Below are positions 55,024 through 63,765 of a stretch of 64,000 bases of DNA, piece by piece. A program made the translations under genes and the position numbers. The first letter of the stretch is position 1, and each line of letters begins with the position of its first letter. The notes beneath the pieces are model-generated. The model worked only from the letters and a program-made list of their open reading frames with translations, was not told the DNA's origin and did not search any database. Where the stretch lies: the IMG/VR virus record IMGVR_UViG_3300044641_009805, positions 1 through 64,000 of that record; one strand, written 5' to 3'.

Positions 55024-55584
55024 CTAGGGGTGGCTCTCGAAATCTGGGTCTTTTAGAGCCCACCGCATGTAGGACTTGATGAACTTTGATTTCAGTTCAT
55101 TCCAACGCATGTCGTTGATCTCTATGTTCAATTTCTTGGCGAGTTTGCGGCCGCGGTGCCATGCCTCAAATTCTTCTTCGATGACAGCGCAACGGTGGAT
55201 GAACTTGCCCTTGACGGCTGGATCATAAATCGAAGGGTAGCCTAAGGTGAACCTTGGATTGGTCGTCCCGTCGCCTGATCCTACGAGGAGGTGACCACAC
55301 TCGTGGAGGAGGATGAAGAGTTGGTTCTCGTATGATTGAGTGGAGTTGACGTAAATCTTTTTTTCGTCAGACACGAAGGATCCTGCTTCACGTCTGTTGG
55401 TAAATTCTACTTCTATTTTTCGGGAGGCACACCATGCGACAACGAGGTTTAAACTCGCAGAGGATGTTATATCTACATCCAAACGGGCCCGAGCCTTGGG
55501 CTCGGCGGCAGGATCCTTTGACCTCTGCTTTTCATACCGGGCCCAGGCTCGTTCCTCCCAGAGTCCGCGCTGGAAGGATGGCAT
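55024..55584 (-). CDS. HExxH zinc metallopeptidase (ImmA/IrrE-like)
   Basis: ILLHECGH..EEEFEAW. Confidence 0.7.
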   Translation of the reverse strand: MPSFQRGLWEERAWARYEKQRSKDPAAEPKARARLDVDITSSASLNLVVAWCASRKIEVEFTNRREAGSFVSDEKKIYVNSTQSYENQLFILLHECGHLLVGSGDGTTNPRFTLGYPSIYDPAVKGKFIHRCAVIEEEFEAWHRGRKLAKKLNIEINDMRWNELKSKFIKSYMRWALKDPDFESHP

Positions 55585-55588
55585 GTGT

Positions 55589-56707
55589 TCACTTCTTCTT
55601 CTTCGGCGTCGTTACCGACTTCGTATCTGCCGGGGTGAGGGCCTTGGCGGCTTCGCCCTTGTCGACACCGAAGACCGAGAGGATGTGGTTGACACACCAC
55701 TTGTGGACCGACTTGGCGAGCTCGAGGTTGTTGACCCCGCCGGCCGTGAGCTTTGACCAGGCCGCCACTCGGAGCTCCGCGGGGAGGTCACCCATGAAGT
55801 CTCGGAGGTTGGCACCTTGGTTGTCGTCGAGAACCTTCAGGTTCTTCGTGACGTAGTCGGCTACCTTCTCGATGGAGACGTTGAGCTTCTCCTGACCGAG
55901 CTTGGCGATCTTCGACTTGACCTTAGCGTAGCCCTCGATGATCTCCTCACCGGTGACCTGGGCGTCGATCGTCTTGACGTAGCCGTGGAAGGCGATGGTC
56001 GCCTCCGTACCGACGTAACCGAGACACATCGGGTAGAAGAGGGCGTCATCCGGGAGGTCCGCGACCCCGTTGGAGACCAGAGCGTGGGACAGACGTTCCC
56101 AGCTGCGGCGGCTGGGGGAGACGGCCGAGGCCTCGCCACCCTTGGGCGGGTCGAGCCACTTCTCGTTGCCGGCGATGAAGGTGATGATGTTCTCGTGGAT
56201 GGCCCCGGACTCCTTGGCCCAAGTGAGCCAGTCCTGCGTGTCCGGCGTCAGGTCGATGGCCCAGAAGCGATCGAGGAGCGCAGGGTCCATCTCGTTGACC
56301 GAGTAGGCCGCCGAGGAGTTGATGGCCGCGTAAACGCGGGTCTGCGGGTGGAGCTTCCAGCCGTTGAGCTCACGGTCGAGGACGACCTGGAAGGCGGCCT
56401 GCATGACCTCGGGGGTGGCACGGTTGAGCTCGTCGAGGAACAGGGCCACCGGCTTCTTGCAGGCGTTCTTGTACCACTCCGGCGGGTTGAACCGCGTGAC
56501 CTCGCCGTCCGTGGACGGGAGACCGATCATGTCGCCTTCGCTCATCTGTGAGAGGCGGCGGTCGATGACCTCGAGACCGAAGCCCTTGGCCACCTGGCGG
56601 ACGACCTGGGACTTACCGATGCCGTGGTTGCCACGGAGGAGGACCGAGGTCTCGACGGGGAGCTTGGAGGAGACCTTGAGGAACGTGCGGACGGACATGG
56701 TGGTCAT
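55589..56707 (-). CDS. MoxR/dynein-related AAA+ ATPase
   Basis: GNHGIGKS, LFLDELNRA, AAIN, MDPALLDRF, SRRSWE. Confidence 0.88.
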   Translation of the reverse strand: MTTMSVRTFLKVSSKLPVETSVLLRGNHGIGKSQVVRQVAKGFGLEVIDRRLSQMSEGDMIGLPSTDGEVTRFNPPEWYKNACKKPVALFLDELNRATPEVMQAAFQVVLDRELNGWKLHPQTRVYAAINSSAAYSVNEMDPALLDRFWAIDLTPDTQDWLTWAKESGAIHENIITFIAGNEKWLDPPKGGEASAVSPSRRSWERLSHALVSNGVADLPDDALFYPMCLGYVGTEATIAFHGYVKTIDAQVTGEEIIEGYAKVKSKIAKLGQEKLNVSIEKVADYVTKNLKVLDDNQGANLRDFMGDLPAELRVAAWSKLTAGGVNNLELAKSVHKWCVNHILSVFGVDKGEAAKALTPADTKSVTTPKKKK

Positions 56708-56836
56708 TGCGTTGTTTCCTTGTTAGGAGGTGATGGTTAGATACTACCAGGATGTCTGCGGACTTTGCACAGCTTCTCAAAAAAAGTTTCGACGAAGGGA
56801 TCCAGTCTGGATGAGGACCCCAGGTCGAGATGGTGG

Positions 56837-57514
56837 TCACCCCACGGCTGCGATGGGAGATGACTCGTTCGAGAGGGGCTCTTGGATCTGGAGGACCTCA
56901 ACATCGCTGGTGAACAGGTACACGGGACGCTTGGCACCGGGGACGTTGACGTAACACCGAATCCGCTGTGCACGATCGACCGTACCGAACTTGCCGACGA
57001 ACCGTGGATCACCACCAATGATTCGGACCTTGGCACCTGCCACGACTCGCTGGCCGAGGGCTCGTTCCGTGGCCTTCGCCCTGTTGAAGTGCTGGAGGTG
57101 GAGCGCAAGGGCCATCGTCTGCTCTGCAGAGAAGTTCGTCGTTGCCTCGTCGAACAAGCGCTGAACCTCGTTCTGCATCGCAGGCAACTTTGCCGCAGCC
57201 GTCTCGATCTTCTTCATGTGGACGGGCTTCTTACCTGAAGTTGCCTCTGCCTTCTCCTCACGGCGCTTCTGGCGCTCTGCGTCACGGACTGCCTTGGCTG
57301 CCTCGCGGGCTGCCTTCAGAGCCTCTGTCTTCTGCGACTTCGCGACCTCAGGATGCGTTTCCTTCTTTGCCTTAGGCTGCTTCGCGGGTGCATCGGCCTC
57401 CGTGGCGGGCTCCTCGCTTGCCTGGCGGGCTGCCTTGCGGGCCTTAGCGGCGGCGAGCGCCTTGTCGATGGCCGAGAGCTTCGTGTCGAGGTTCGTGTCA
57501 TTCGTGGTCTGCAT
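56837..57514 (-). CDS. Lys/Ala-rich protein with C-terminal KOW/SH3-like domain
   Basis: GAKVRIIGG..FVGKFGTV. Confidence 0.6.
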   Translation of the reverse strand: MQTTNDTNLDTKLSAIDKALAAAKARKAARQASEEPATEADAPAKQPKAKKETHPEVAKSQKTEALKAAREAAKAVRDAERQKRREEKAEATSGKKPVHMKKIETAAAKLPAMQNEVQRLFDEATTNFSAEQTMALALHLQHFNRAKATERALGQRVVAGAKVRIIGGDPRFVGKFGTVDRAQRIRCYVNVPGAKRPVYLFTSDVEVLQIQEPLSNESSPIAAVG

Positions 57515-57622
57515 GATGTAATCCTTTCCGTGGGTTAGGCTGTTTGCCTGTTGATGTTTCTGTTATACCTTGTTGGCCGAGAACTTTACACTGACGTTTT
57601 TTCTTTTTTTTCTTCCGAGAAT

Positions 57623-57832
57623 TCAGCTGGGCTTGTTGCGGTCAGACAGGAGGCGTTTCGCCTCACCTGCTCCTGCTTTCAATCCTCCCCCGAGGCCTGC
57701 CCCGAGTGCGCCGATCTTGGTCTTGATTCCGAAGAGAAACATCTTGACCTTCAAGAACGCCAGCTGAACGTAGGTCTTGGTGACGAGCGGGATGTAGAAG
57801 AACAACCAGATGAGACGTTTGAGAAACTGCAT
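57623..57832 (-). CDS. small hypothetical protein
   Basis: ORF only. Confidence 0.4.
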   Translation of the reverse strand: MQFLKRLIWLFFYIPLVTKTYVQLAFLKVKMFLFGIKTKIGALGAGLGGGLKAGAGEAKRLLSDRNKPS

Positions 57833-57906
57833 GAAGTTTTTTCTTGTTGGAGGAATGTTGTAACTAGTTGCAATGAAAGGGGTAGGTTACCCTACCCCGT
57901 GGATGA

Positions 57907-58671
57907 TCAGTCGTTGTAGCTGATGACGCCCTTCTCGTAGAGTCCCTTCTTCTCGAGGCCGAGGATGAAGGTCTTGCCGGAGCAACCGAACCGGTTCTTC
58001 TGCACCTCGAAGAGGCGCTCACCGAAGGTCTCCGAGTTCTTCTTGTCGTCGATGTAGAGGTGGGCGTGGGCATCCACCGTGTGCTTGATCTGTTGCTTGC
58101 CGGCGAACTCGCCACCCTTGGTGACCTGGCCGATGATGATGGCCACGCCGAACGTCTCCTTGCACCAGTTGGTGATCATCTCAGTGGCGCGAACCTGGCT
58201 CATCGAGTTGGTGAAGCCGTCCTTATACTTGCCGTCGTCCAGCGTCTGGAGCGAATCGACGACGATGAAGACCTGCTTACCGGGGTTCTTCTTACGCAGC
58301 TCGTCGCCGTGCTTGAGGATGTCCGAGACGAGCGTGTCCTGGCCGGCGACGAAGCCGTGCTTCATCTCGAGGCGCTTGGCCACCTTGCGAACCTGGAAGA
58401 GCGACTCCTCGCCGGTGTTGAAGAGGCAGATGTTGCCTGCGCCGGTGATGGCGTCCGCGAGTTGGAGGCTGAGAGTCGTCTTACCGGCGCCGGGGGTACC
58501 GGTGAAGAGGAGGGCCGTGGAAGGCGTCATGCCCTCACCACCCATGGCATCGTCGAAGAACTTGACGCCGGTGCGAACCGTGCGCTCGAGCTGGGCGGGG
58601 ACCTCGAGGTCGAGGATGTTGGTGCCGTTCTTCCAGGACTTGAGGCCGACGTTCATCTTCATCTGCGACAT
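57907..58671 (-). CDS. radA: RadA/Sms-like RecA-fold ATPase (ATPase core only)
   Basis: GTPGAGKTT, TGEES..QV, VVDSLQTL, IGQVTKGG.FAG, H.VD, KNRFG. Confidence 0.85.
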   Translation of the reverse strand: MSQMKMNVGLKSWKNGTNILDLEVPAQLERTVRTGVKFFDDAMGGEGMTPSTALLFTGTPGAGKTTLSLQLADAITGAGNICLFNTGEESLFQVRKVAKRLEMKHGFVAGQDTLVSDILKHGDELRKKNPGKQVFIVVDSLQTLDDGKYKDGFTNSMSQVRATEMITNWCKETFGVAIIIGQVTKGGEFAGKQQIKHTVDAHAHLYIDDKKNSETFGERLFEVQKNRFGCSGKTFILGLEKKGLYEKGVISYND

Positions 58672-58760
58672 GGCGTTCTCCTTGGTGGCTGGCTTCCGAA
58701 CCAGCCGATAGATCAGTTATACCAGGATTCGTCTGAGCTTTGCACCGCGGCGATGCAATT

Positions 58761-58976
58761 TCAGAAGTGTTTGTAGACGATGTCGGACGCGATGTCCTGA
58801 TCGAGGCCTTCGTCGACGAGGTACATCTCGACGCTGAAGAGGTCGTCGGTCCGTCCGAAGAGCTTCTTGAGACCGCGGACCCCTGAGTCGAAGAGCTTTG
58901 CGTCGACCGTACGGCCGGCCGCGTCCATGGACTTGACGATCATCTGACCGGCGGAGAGCTTGGTGGCGTTCTTCAT
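58761..58976 (-). CDS. small early hypothetical protein
   Basis: MKNATK start set by the 36-nt promoter. Confidence 0.6.
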   Translation of the reverse strand: MKNATKLSAGQMIVKSMDAAGRTVDAKLFDSGVRGLKKLFGRTDDLFSVEMYLVDEGLDQDIASDIVYKHF

Positions 58977-59020
58977 GGTCCTAGTATATCCTTTCGACGA
59001 GGAACTTTGCACTGGGCGGA

Positions 59021-59034
59021 TGCAACTAGTTGCA
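59021..59034. promoter_or_regulatory. perfect palindrome TGCAACTAGTTGCA (candidate operator)
   Basis: Also at 49605-49618; variants at 57858 and 53269. Confidence 0.5.
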
Positions 59035-59104
59035 AACCACATTGGACCCCTGGAATTGATAGGTAATCTCCTCCAGGGGTGGAGGGGCAGAAGCCCCCGA
59101 TAGG

Positions 59105-59320
59105 TCAGGCGACCGAGTGCGTTTCGATCGTGACGTAGTGGCCGGACTTGGCCGACCAGGAGTGACCGCGGCCGGGCTTGTACTCGTGGGAGGCGATGTC
59201 CTCGTCCGTCTCCATGTAGTTCTTGGCTGCTGCGAGGGCCGCCTCCTCCGTGGCGTGGACGGAGACGAGGTTGTGCGAGGCGTAGTGCTCACCGGCGAAG
59301 ACGATGTATACCTTGTCCAT
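59105..59320 (-). CDS. small early hypothetical protein
   Basis: MDKVYIV..SVHATEEAA; 36-nt promoter. Confidence 0.65.
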   Translation of the reverse strand: MDKVYIVFAGEHYASHNLVSVHATEEAALAAAKNYMETDEDIASHEYKPGRGHSWSAKSGHYVTIETHSVA

Positions 59321-59424
59321 GTCCTTATCCTACCTTTTCTGCAGAGAACTTTGCACTGAGTGGAGAGTTTTTTTGCCCCGCGGGGAGCGGGGGGGCGGGC
59401 CGAAGGCGCCCGCCCCGAGGGGTC

Positions 59425-59631
59425 TCACTGAGCAGGGGTGAAGGTGCCTTGGTTGACGTAGAGCCCCTCGAGTGCCTCGACGTCGTACAGGTTGAAGAGC
59501 TTGTCGTGGTACTTCGCGTCGGGCATGAAGACGAGCTCACCGCGGGAGGTGGTGACGTAGCCCGTCATGGTGCCCATCTTGGGGAGCTGGGGGTGAACGA
59601 AGGTGCCCTTGGTCTTGGTGGCGTTGTTCAT
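59425..59631 (-). CDS. small early hypothetical protein
   Basis: 36-nt promoter. Confidence 0.6.
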   Translation of the reverse strand: MNNATKTKGTFVHPQLPKMGTMTGYVTTSRGELVFMPDAKYHDKLFNLYDVEALEGLYVNQGTFTPAQ

Positions 59632-59967
59632 GGTCTTATATTACCCTTTCCTCTGTGAACTTTGCACTTTTGCGAGAACTTTTTTCTTTTTTTTCTCTCT
59701 CTTTACCTTGCCGCTCCGTTCCTTTCCATGGTTCCAATATAACATGCGGCGGCCGTACTTTGCACTTTGCTCTCACTTTTTTCTGTGAAAGTAACTTTCA
59801 ACAAGAGCGGTACTTTTGCTCAACCGCCGGGGCAAATAAGGGGCACGGCCGCCGTAGGCTCAGGATGCCCTTGGAAGGCTTTTCTCGAGTCGAATGAGGT
59901 TACCCCTTGGCTCAAGGTGAGGCCTCTCCAAGGGCATCCTGGCTCTTTTACAAATTGTTTGGGGGCT

Positions 59968-60003
59968 GTGCAAAGTCGCTACCGAGTTTGGTATATTGGA
60001 CCC
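59968..60003 (+). promoter_or_regulatory. leaderless promoter GTGCAA-N18-TATATT-N6-ATG (type example)
   Basis: Same architecture at 60319, 60604, 60847, 61488, 62214, 63595 and others. Confidence 0.75.
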
Positions 60004-60303
60004 ATGGAACACAACAAGGCAGCAAGCTCCTTCGTCGTCCAAATCGTCCACCTCCTCGAGGTCGACCGCAGCGGAGCTCCCCGCTTCTCCCCTGCGCAGA
60101 TCCTCGCCGTAACGGGGTCGATCGACGAGGCACGTTCGATCGCGCACCGCTTCCCCAAAGGCCCGACGGCAGACGTCCAGATCCTCGAGGTCGTCCCGCC
60201 GGTCGACGTCGGCGGTGTCGGGCTCCGGTTCCTCACCCCAATCCGCCGGGCGGTCATCGAACCCAAGGCCAAACCGGTCCGGAAGGCGCGCAAAGCCGCC
60301 TGA
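60004..60303 (+). CDS. small early hypothetical protein
   Basis: Start set by the promoter. Confidence 0.6.
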   Translation: MEHNKAASSFVVQIVHLLEVDRSGAPRFSPAQILAVTGSIDEARSIAHRFPKGPTADVQILEVVPPVDVGGVGLRFLTPIRRAVIEPKAKPVRKARKAA

Positions 60304-60354
60304 AAATCTGCGGGAATAGTGCAAAGTTCATCCACGAAAGGATATACTAAGGTC

Positions 60355-60603
60355 ATGGACATCCAGAGCATCTCTCCCTCGCAGGTGGTCAAGGCGTACG
60401 TCGGCAAGGTCGGCTGCATGTGCGGCTGCAAGGGCAAGTACTACGGCCATGCCGCAGGCATCGAGATCGACCGGGCCGACCCGAAGATGGTGACCAAGAT
60501 CCTCCGGACCATCCAGGCCAATGAGGAGGCGGTCGAGGTGGATGACGGCATCCTCGCCTACGAGGCCAAGGGCAAGTCCTGGGTCGTCTATCTCTCGGCC
60601 TGA
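60355..60603 (+). CDS. small early hypothetical protein (GCMCGCKG motif)
   Basis: Y.GK.GCMCGC.G.Y. Confidence 0.65.
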   Translation: MDIQSISPSQVVKAYVGKVGCMCGCKGKYYGHAAGIEIDRADPKMVTKILRTIQANEEAVEVDDGILAYEAKGKSWVVYLSA

Positions 60604-60639
60604 GTGCAAAGTCAGCCTCGAACCTGATAGGGTTGAACT

Positions 60640-60864
60640 ATGGATCTAGAAGAGTTCCTCCAGTTGGCTTTGGAACCTCATGGTCAAGGTCAGCGGCGCG
60701 GGCAAGCTTTCATGAACGTTGTGTCCACTCTCCACCCGCATCTCTACCGAGACCTCCTTGCGGTTCAGCTCGATGCCTTCTACGACGACTCCAAGATGTG
60801 GCCGGCCGTGGAGTGGATCACGCGGAACGCACATAACTACTTCTCTGTGCAAAGTTCAACCTAG
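60640..60864 (+). CDS. small early hypothetical protein
   Basis: R.GQAFMN..P..DAFYDD. Confidence 0.65.
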   Translation: MDLEEFLQLALEPHGQGQRRGQAFMNVVSTLHPHLYRDLLAVQLDAFYDDSKMWPAVEWITRNAHNYFSVQSST

Positions 60865-60882
60865 AAAAGGTAGGATAGAACC

Positions 60883-61161
60883 ATGATCAATCTGTTCATC
60901 GGGTGGGGCGTCTCGGCCTTGATGGGGACCGGAACTCTCTACCTCATCCTCATGGTCTTCGCGCTGGCCTTCCCGCGGCTTTTCCGAGTGGGCTACTGGC
61001 TTTTCATGTTGCCCATCATGTCGCTAGGACCTGCCATCCTTGGGTGGCTCTTCTTCGGCTTCTTCCTCGGCTGGAACACCGCAACATTCATGTTGACTCT
61101 CGCAGGTGGCACGGCCTTCGGGGTTGCCTTTTGTCTTTGGTCGGATCCTAAACAAGATTGA
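60883..61161 (+). CDS. small membrane protein
   Basis: Three hydrophobic helices. Confidence 0.65.
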   Translation: MINLFIGWGVSALMGTGTLYLILMVFALAFPRLFRVGYWLFMLPIMSLGPAILGWLFFGFFLGWNTATFMLTLAGGTAFGVAFCLWSDPKQD

Positions 61162-61170
61162 GGATAAGCC

Positions 61171-61389
61171 ATGAACTCTCGACTCAAAGAAGCATTGCTG
61201 TTCTACATCAAGGGAACGCTGACAGACCCCGCTGGGGTGGATGAGATGGTGATGTTGGCTTTGTACAAACTTCGTGGCGAGTCAACTGACATGGGCCTTC
61301 GTCAAGACCTCGACGCGCTGATCGCTCGGGTCGAGAAGAGAGGCGAAAGGTACCACTTGGCGTCTCCCGAACGGATGAGTGTGGCTTAA
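61171..61389 (+). CDS. hypothetical protein
   Basis: GAGG RBS. Confidence 0.55.
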   Translation: MNSRLKEALLFYIKGTLTDPAGVDEMVMLALYKLRGESTDMGLRQDLDALIARVEKRGERYHLASPERMSVA

Positions 61390-61523
61390 TGGCTACCTTG
61401 GTCTTGAAGATCATCTGCTGCTTCGTGATGGCTGTGCTCTTCCCCTTGGGGGTTGTAGCCACCCTGGACAACAAATAGCTCGTGGCAGTGCAAAGTTCCA
61501 GCTTGACGTGATAGGATCTAACC

Positions 61524-62135
61524 ATGAACGACGACACCATCCTGCCGCCCCCGTTCGAGGAACCCGAGTTTGAGTCGATCTCCTCGATCCTTGCGAACGA
61601 GGCGAAAGAGAAGGCCCGCCTCGCGCAGAAGCCCATCATTGACCTCCTCGAGGATGCCATCGAGTTGGACGAGGACGGTGTGCCCGTGTTCACGATCCCT
61701 CCAGGCGAGCGAGTCATCATCGAGCGTGTGGCCTCTGTTCTTCCTGGGAAGCAGTGGCTCGACACGAAGGTGTACACAGTGGAGACCATCGACGGAGTCA
61801 CCGGTAACCTGATGCTCTGGGACGACGCAGGCAAGTGTCACGCCATGTCGAACTACCTCACCGCGCCAAAGGTTGGCTACCGGTTCAAGGTCCCGCCGGC
61901 CAAGGGTGGTCTGCAGATTCAAGGTCGTAAGCGTGGTCGGCCCCGTAAGGTGGTGCCCCTTGGCCAGGAGAAGCCGGTAGAGCCTGTCCAACTGGACGAG
62001 AATGGTCAACCGATCAAGAAGAAGCGTGGGCGTCCGCCGGGGACCAAGAACCGACCGAAGGAGATCGTGGTTGCGGAACGTAAGGCCAAGGCAGAGATGA
62101 AGGCCAAGAAGAAAGCAAAGCGTAAGAAGGCTTGA
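61524..62135 (+). CDS. AT-hook DNA-binding protein
   Basis: RKRGRPRK and KKRGRPPG; acidic N-terminus. Confidence 0.7.
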   Translation: MNDDTILPPPFEEPEFESISSILANEAKEKARLAQKPIIDLLEDAIELDEDGVPVFTIPPGERVIIERVASVLPGKQWLDTKVYTVETIDGVTGNLMLWDDAGKCHAMSNYLTAPKVGYRFKVPPAKGGLQIQGRKRGRPRKVVPLGQEKPVEPVQLDENGQPIKKKRGRPPGTKNRPKEIVVAERKAKAEMKAKKKAKRKKA

Positions 62136-62142
62136 TGGCCAT

Positions 62143-62216
62143 GCCGCTGTAGCTCAGACGGATAGAGCAGATCATTCCTAACGATCAGGCCACAGGTTCG
62201 ACTCCTGTCAGCGGTG
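62143..62216 (+). tRNA. tRNA-Arg(CCT)
   Basis: Loop TT-CCT-AA; T-loop GTTCGACTC. Confidence 0.85.
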
Positions 62217-62249
62217 CAAAGTTAACCTCAAACAAGGTAAGGTAGAACC

Positions 62250-63092
62250 ATGGACACGCAAGAGACGCTTCAACGGGCAGCTCAGCTATTGCGAGTAGCT
62301 GACGCACTCATCATCACGGCTGGAGCAGGAATGGGGGTGGATAGCGGTCTGCCCGATTTCCGAGGAGATGAAGGTTTCTGGAACGCCTATCCGGCGTACA
62401 AGCACCTTGGTCTCACCTTCTCCGACATGGCCAACCCGAGGTGGTTTGAGGATAACCCGGCGTTGGCATGGGGATTCTATGGTCACCGGCTCAACCTGTA
62501 CCGAGCGACCCAACCTCACGCAGGCTTCGACGTTCTTAAGCGTCTTGCTCGAGGCATGAAGCATGGTGCCTTCGTCTTCACGTCTAACGTGGATGGTGCC
62601 TTCCAGAAGGCTGGTTTCGACCCTGATCGTATCGTGGAATGCCATGGATCCATCCATCACGTCCAGTGTACAAAGGGATGTGGCATCGGCATTCTGCCTG
62701 CAGAACGTGTTAAGATCGACGTGGATTCCAAGACGTTTGAGGCCCAGAGCCCGCTACCCGCCTGCCCGCGCTGCGGAGAGCTCTTGAGGCCAAACATCCT
62801 GATGTTTGGCGATCCGGGATGGAATTTCTCTCGTGCCGATGAGCAAGACGAGAGGATGACGGAGTGGGTCCGGACCTTAGCAGATCGTCATGTCGCAACC
62901 GTTGTCATCGAGTTGGGCGCAGGCAAACACATCCCCAGCGTGCGGGCGAAGAGTTCTTTGTTGTCAAACAAACTCAATGCTCCACTCATTCGCATCAATA
63001 CTCGAGATTCCGATGGTTTCCCCAATACGTTGTCGTTGCCGATGAAGGCAAAGGAGGCTCTCATCGAACTGGAAATCTTGTCAAAATCTTAA
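62250..63092 (+). CDS. Sir2-family NAD-dependent deacylase
   Basis: TAGAGMGVDSGLPDFRG, TSNVDG, ECHGS, CxxC..CxxC, RPNILMF. Confidence 0.92.
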   Translation: MDTQETLQRAAQLLRVADALIITAGAGMGVDSGLPDFRGDEGFWNAYPAYKHLGLTFSDMANPRWFEDNPALAWGFYGHRLNLYRATQPHAGFDVLKRLARGMKHGAFVFTSNVDGAFQKAGFDPDRIVECHGSIHHVQCTKGCGIGILPAERVKIDVDSKTFEAQSPLPACPRCGELLRPNILMFGDPGWNFSRADEQDERMTEWVRTLADRHVATVVIELGAGKHIPSVRAKSSLLSNKLNAPLIRINTRDSDGFPNTLSLPMKAKEALIELEILSKS

Positions 63093-63183
63093 CACCACGC
63101 GGTGCAAACCTTAGACCCATCGTGATATACTGATTTCAACGCTGGCCACTAACCACAACCTCTTGACCTTGAAAGAAAAAGAA

Positions 63184-63375
63184 ATGAGCAACGAGAACAG
63201 CAACATCAGCACGGACACCTGCGACGACTGCGGACGACATGGCCCCGGGACACGTTACGTGCAGGACGACTCGACGACATACTTCATCTGCATGTCGTGT
63301 GGGCCAAAGCAATTCGAAAAGACCGCACGTCGGGACATCGACTCATGGCTGGCAGGAGGTGACTTCGGGGGATGA
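63184..63375 (+). CDS. small Zn-ribbon protein
   Basis: CDDC..CMSC. Confidence 0.55.
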   Translation: MSNENSNISTDTCDDCGRHGPGTRYVQDDSTTYFICMSCGPKQFEKTARRDIDSWLAGGDFGG

Positions 63376-63626
63376 GCTGGAATTACCGAGTTGTCCGCAA
63401 GATCCTCTCTGGTGAAGGATACACCACAACTCAGTACGGAATCCATGAGGTCTACTACGATGACGATCACGTACCGACTTCATGTACCGTCAACCCTGTC
63501 ACCCCTTATGGTGAGTCCGAGGACGAGTTGGCCCAAGACGTGCGGCATTACGCCTCGGCCTTGGAGAAGCCGGTTCTTGATTACGATTCGATCGGTGTAA
63601 AGTCAGAGTCGAACGTGGTAGAGTAG
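63372..63626 (+). CDS. conserved phage hypothetical protein
   Basis: MSWNYRVV..YGIHEVYYD..AL.KPVL. Confidence 0.7.
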   Translation: MSWNYRVVRKILSGEGYTTTQYGIHEVYYDDDHVPTSCTVNPVTPYGESEDELAQDVRHYASALEKPVLDYDSIGVKSESNVVE

Positions 63627-63630
63627 AACC

Positions 63631-63765
63631 ATGAAGAACAAGAGGAAGCAAAACCCTATCGCCGTGGCCATGACTCTTCGACACGCCACGACGACAACCC
63701 GTATGAAGGATCGTCGTAACCGGCGCCCGAAGGACGCCCGCCACAAGGAGGACTGGTACAAGTAG
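63631..63765 (+). CDS. 44-aa basic peptide (not in ORF track)
   Basis: MKNKRKQNPIAVAM..RMKDRRNRRPK; preceded by a 36-nt promoter at 63595. Confidence 0.6.
   Translation: MKNKRKQNPIAVAMTLRHATTTTRMKDRRNRRPKDARHKEDWYK

Noticed and set aside
50022-58776. Long antisense ORFs (e.g. 50078..51379, 55817..56551, 58060..58776)
   Set aside because: Shadow frames opposite well-supported high-GC3 genes; no motifs of their own
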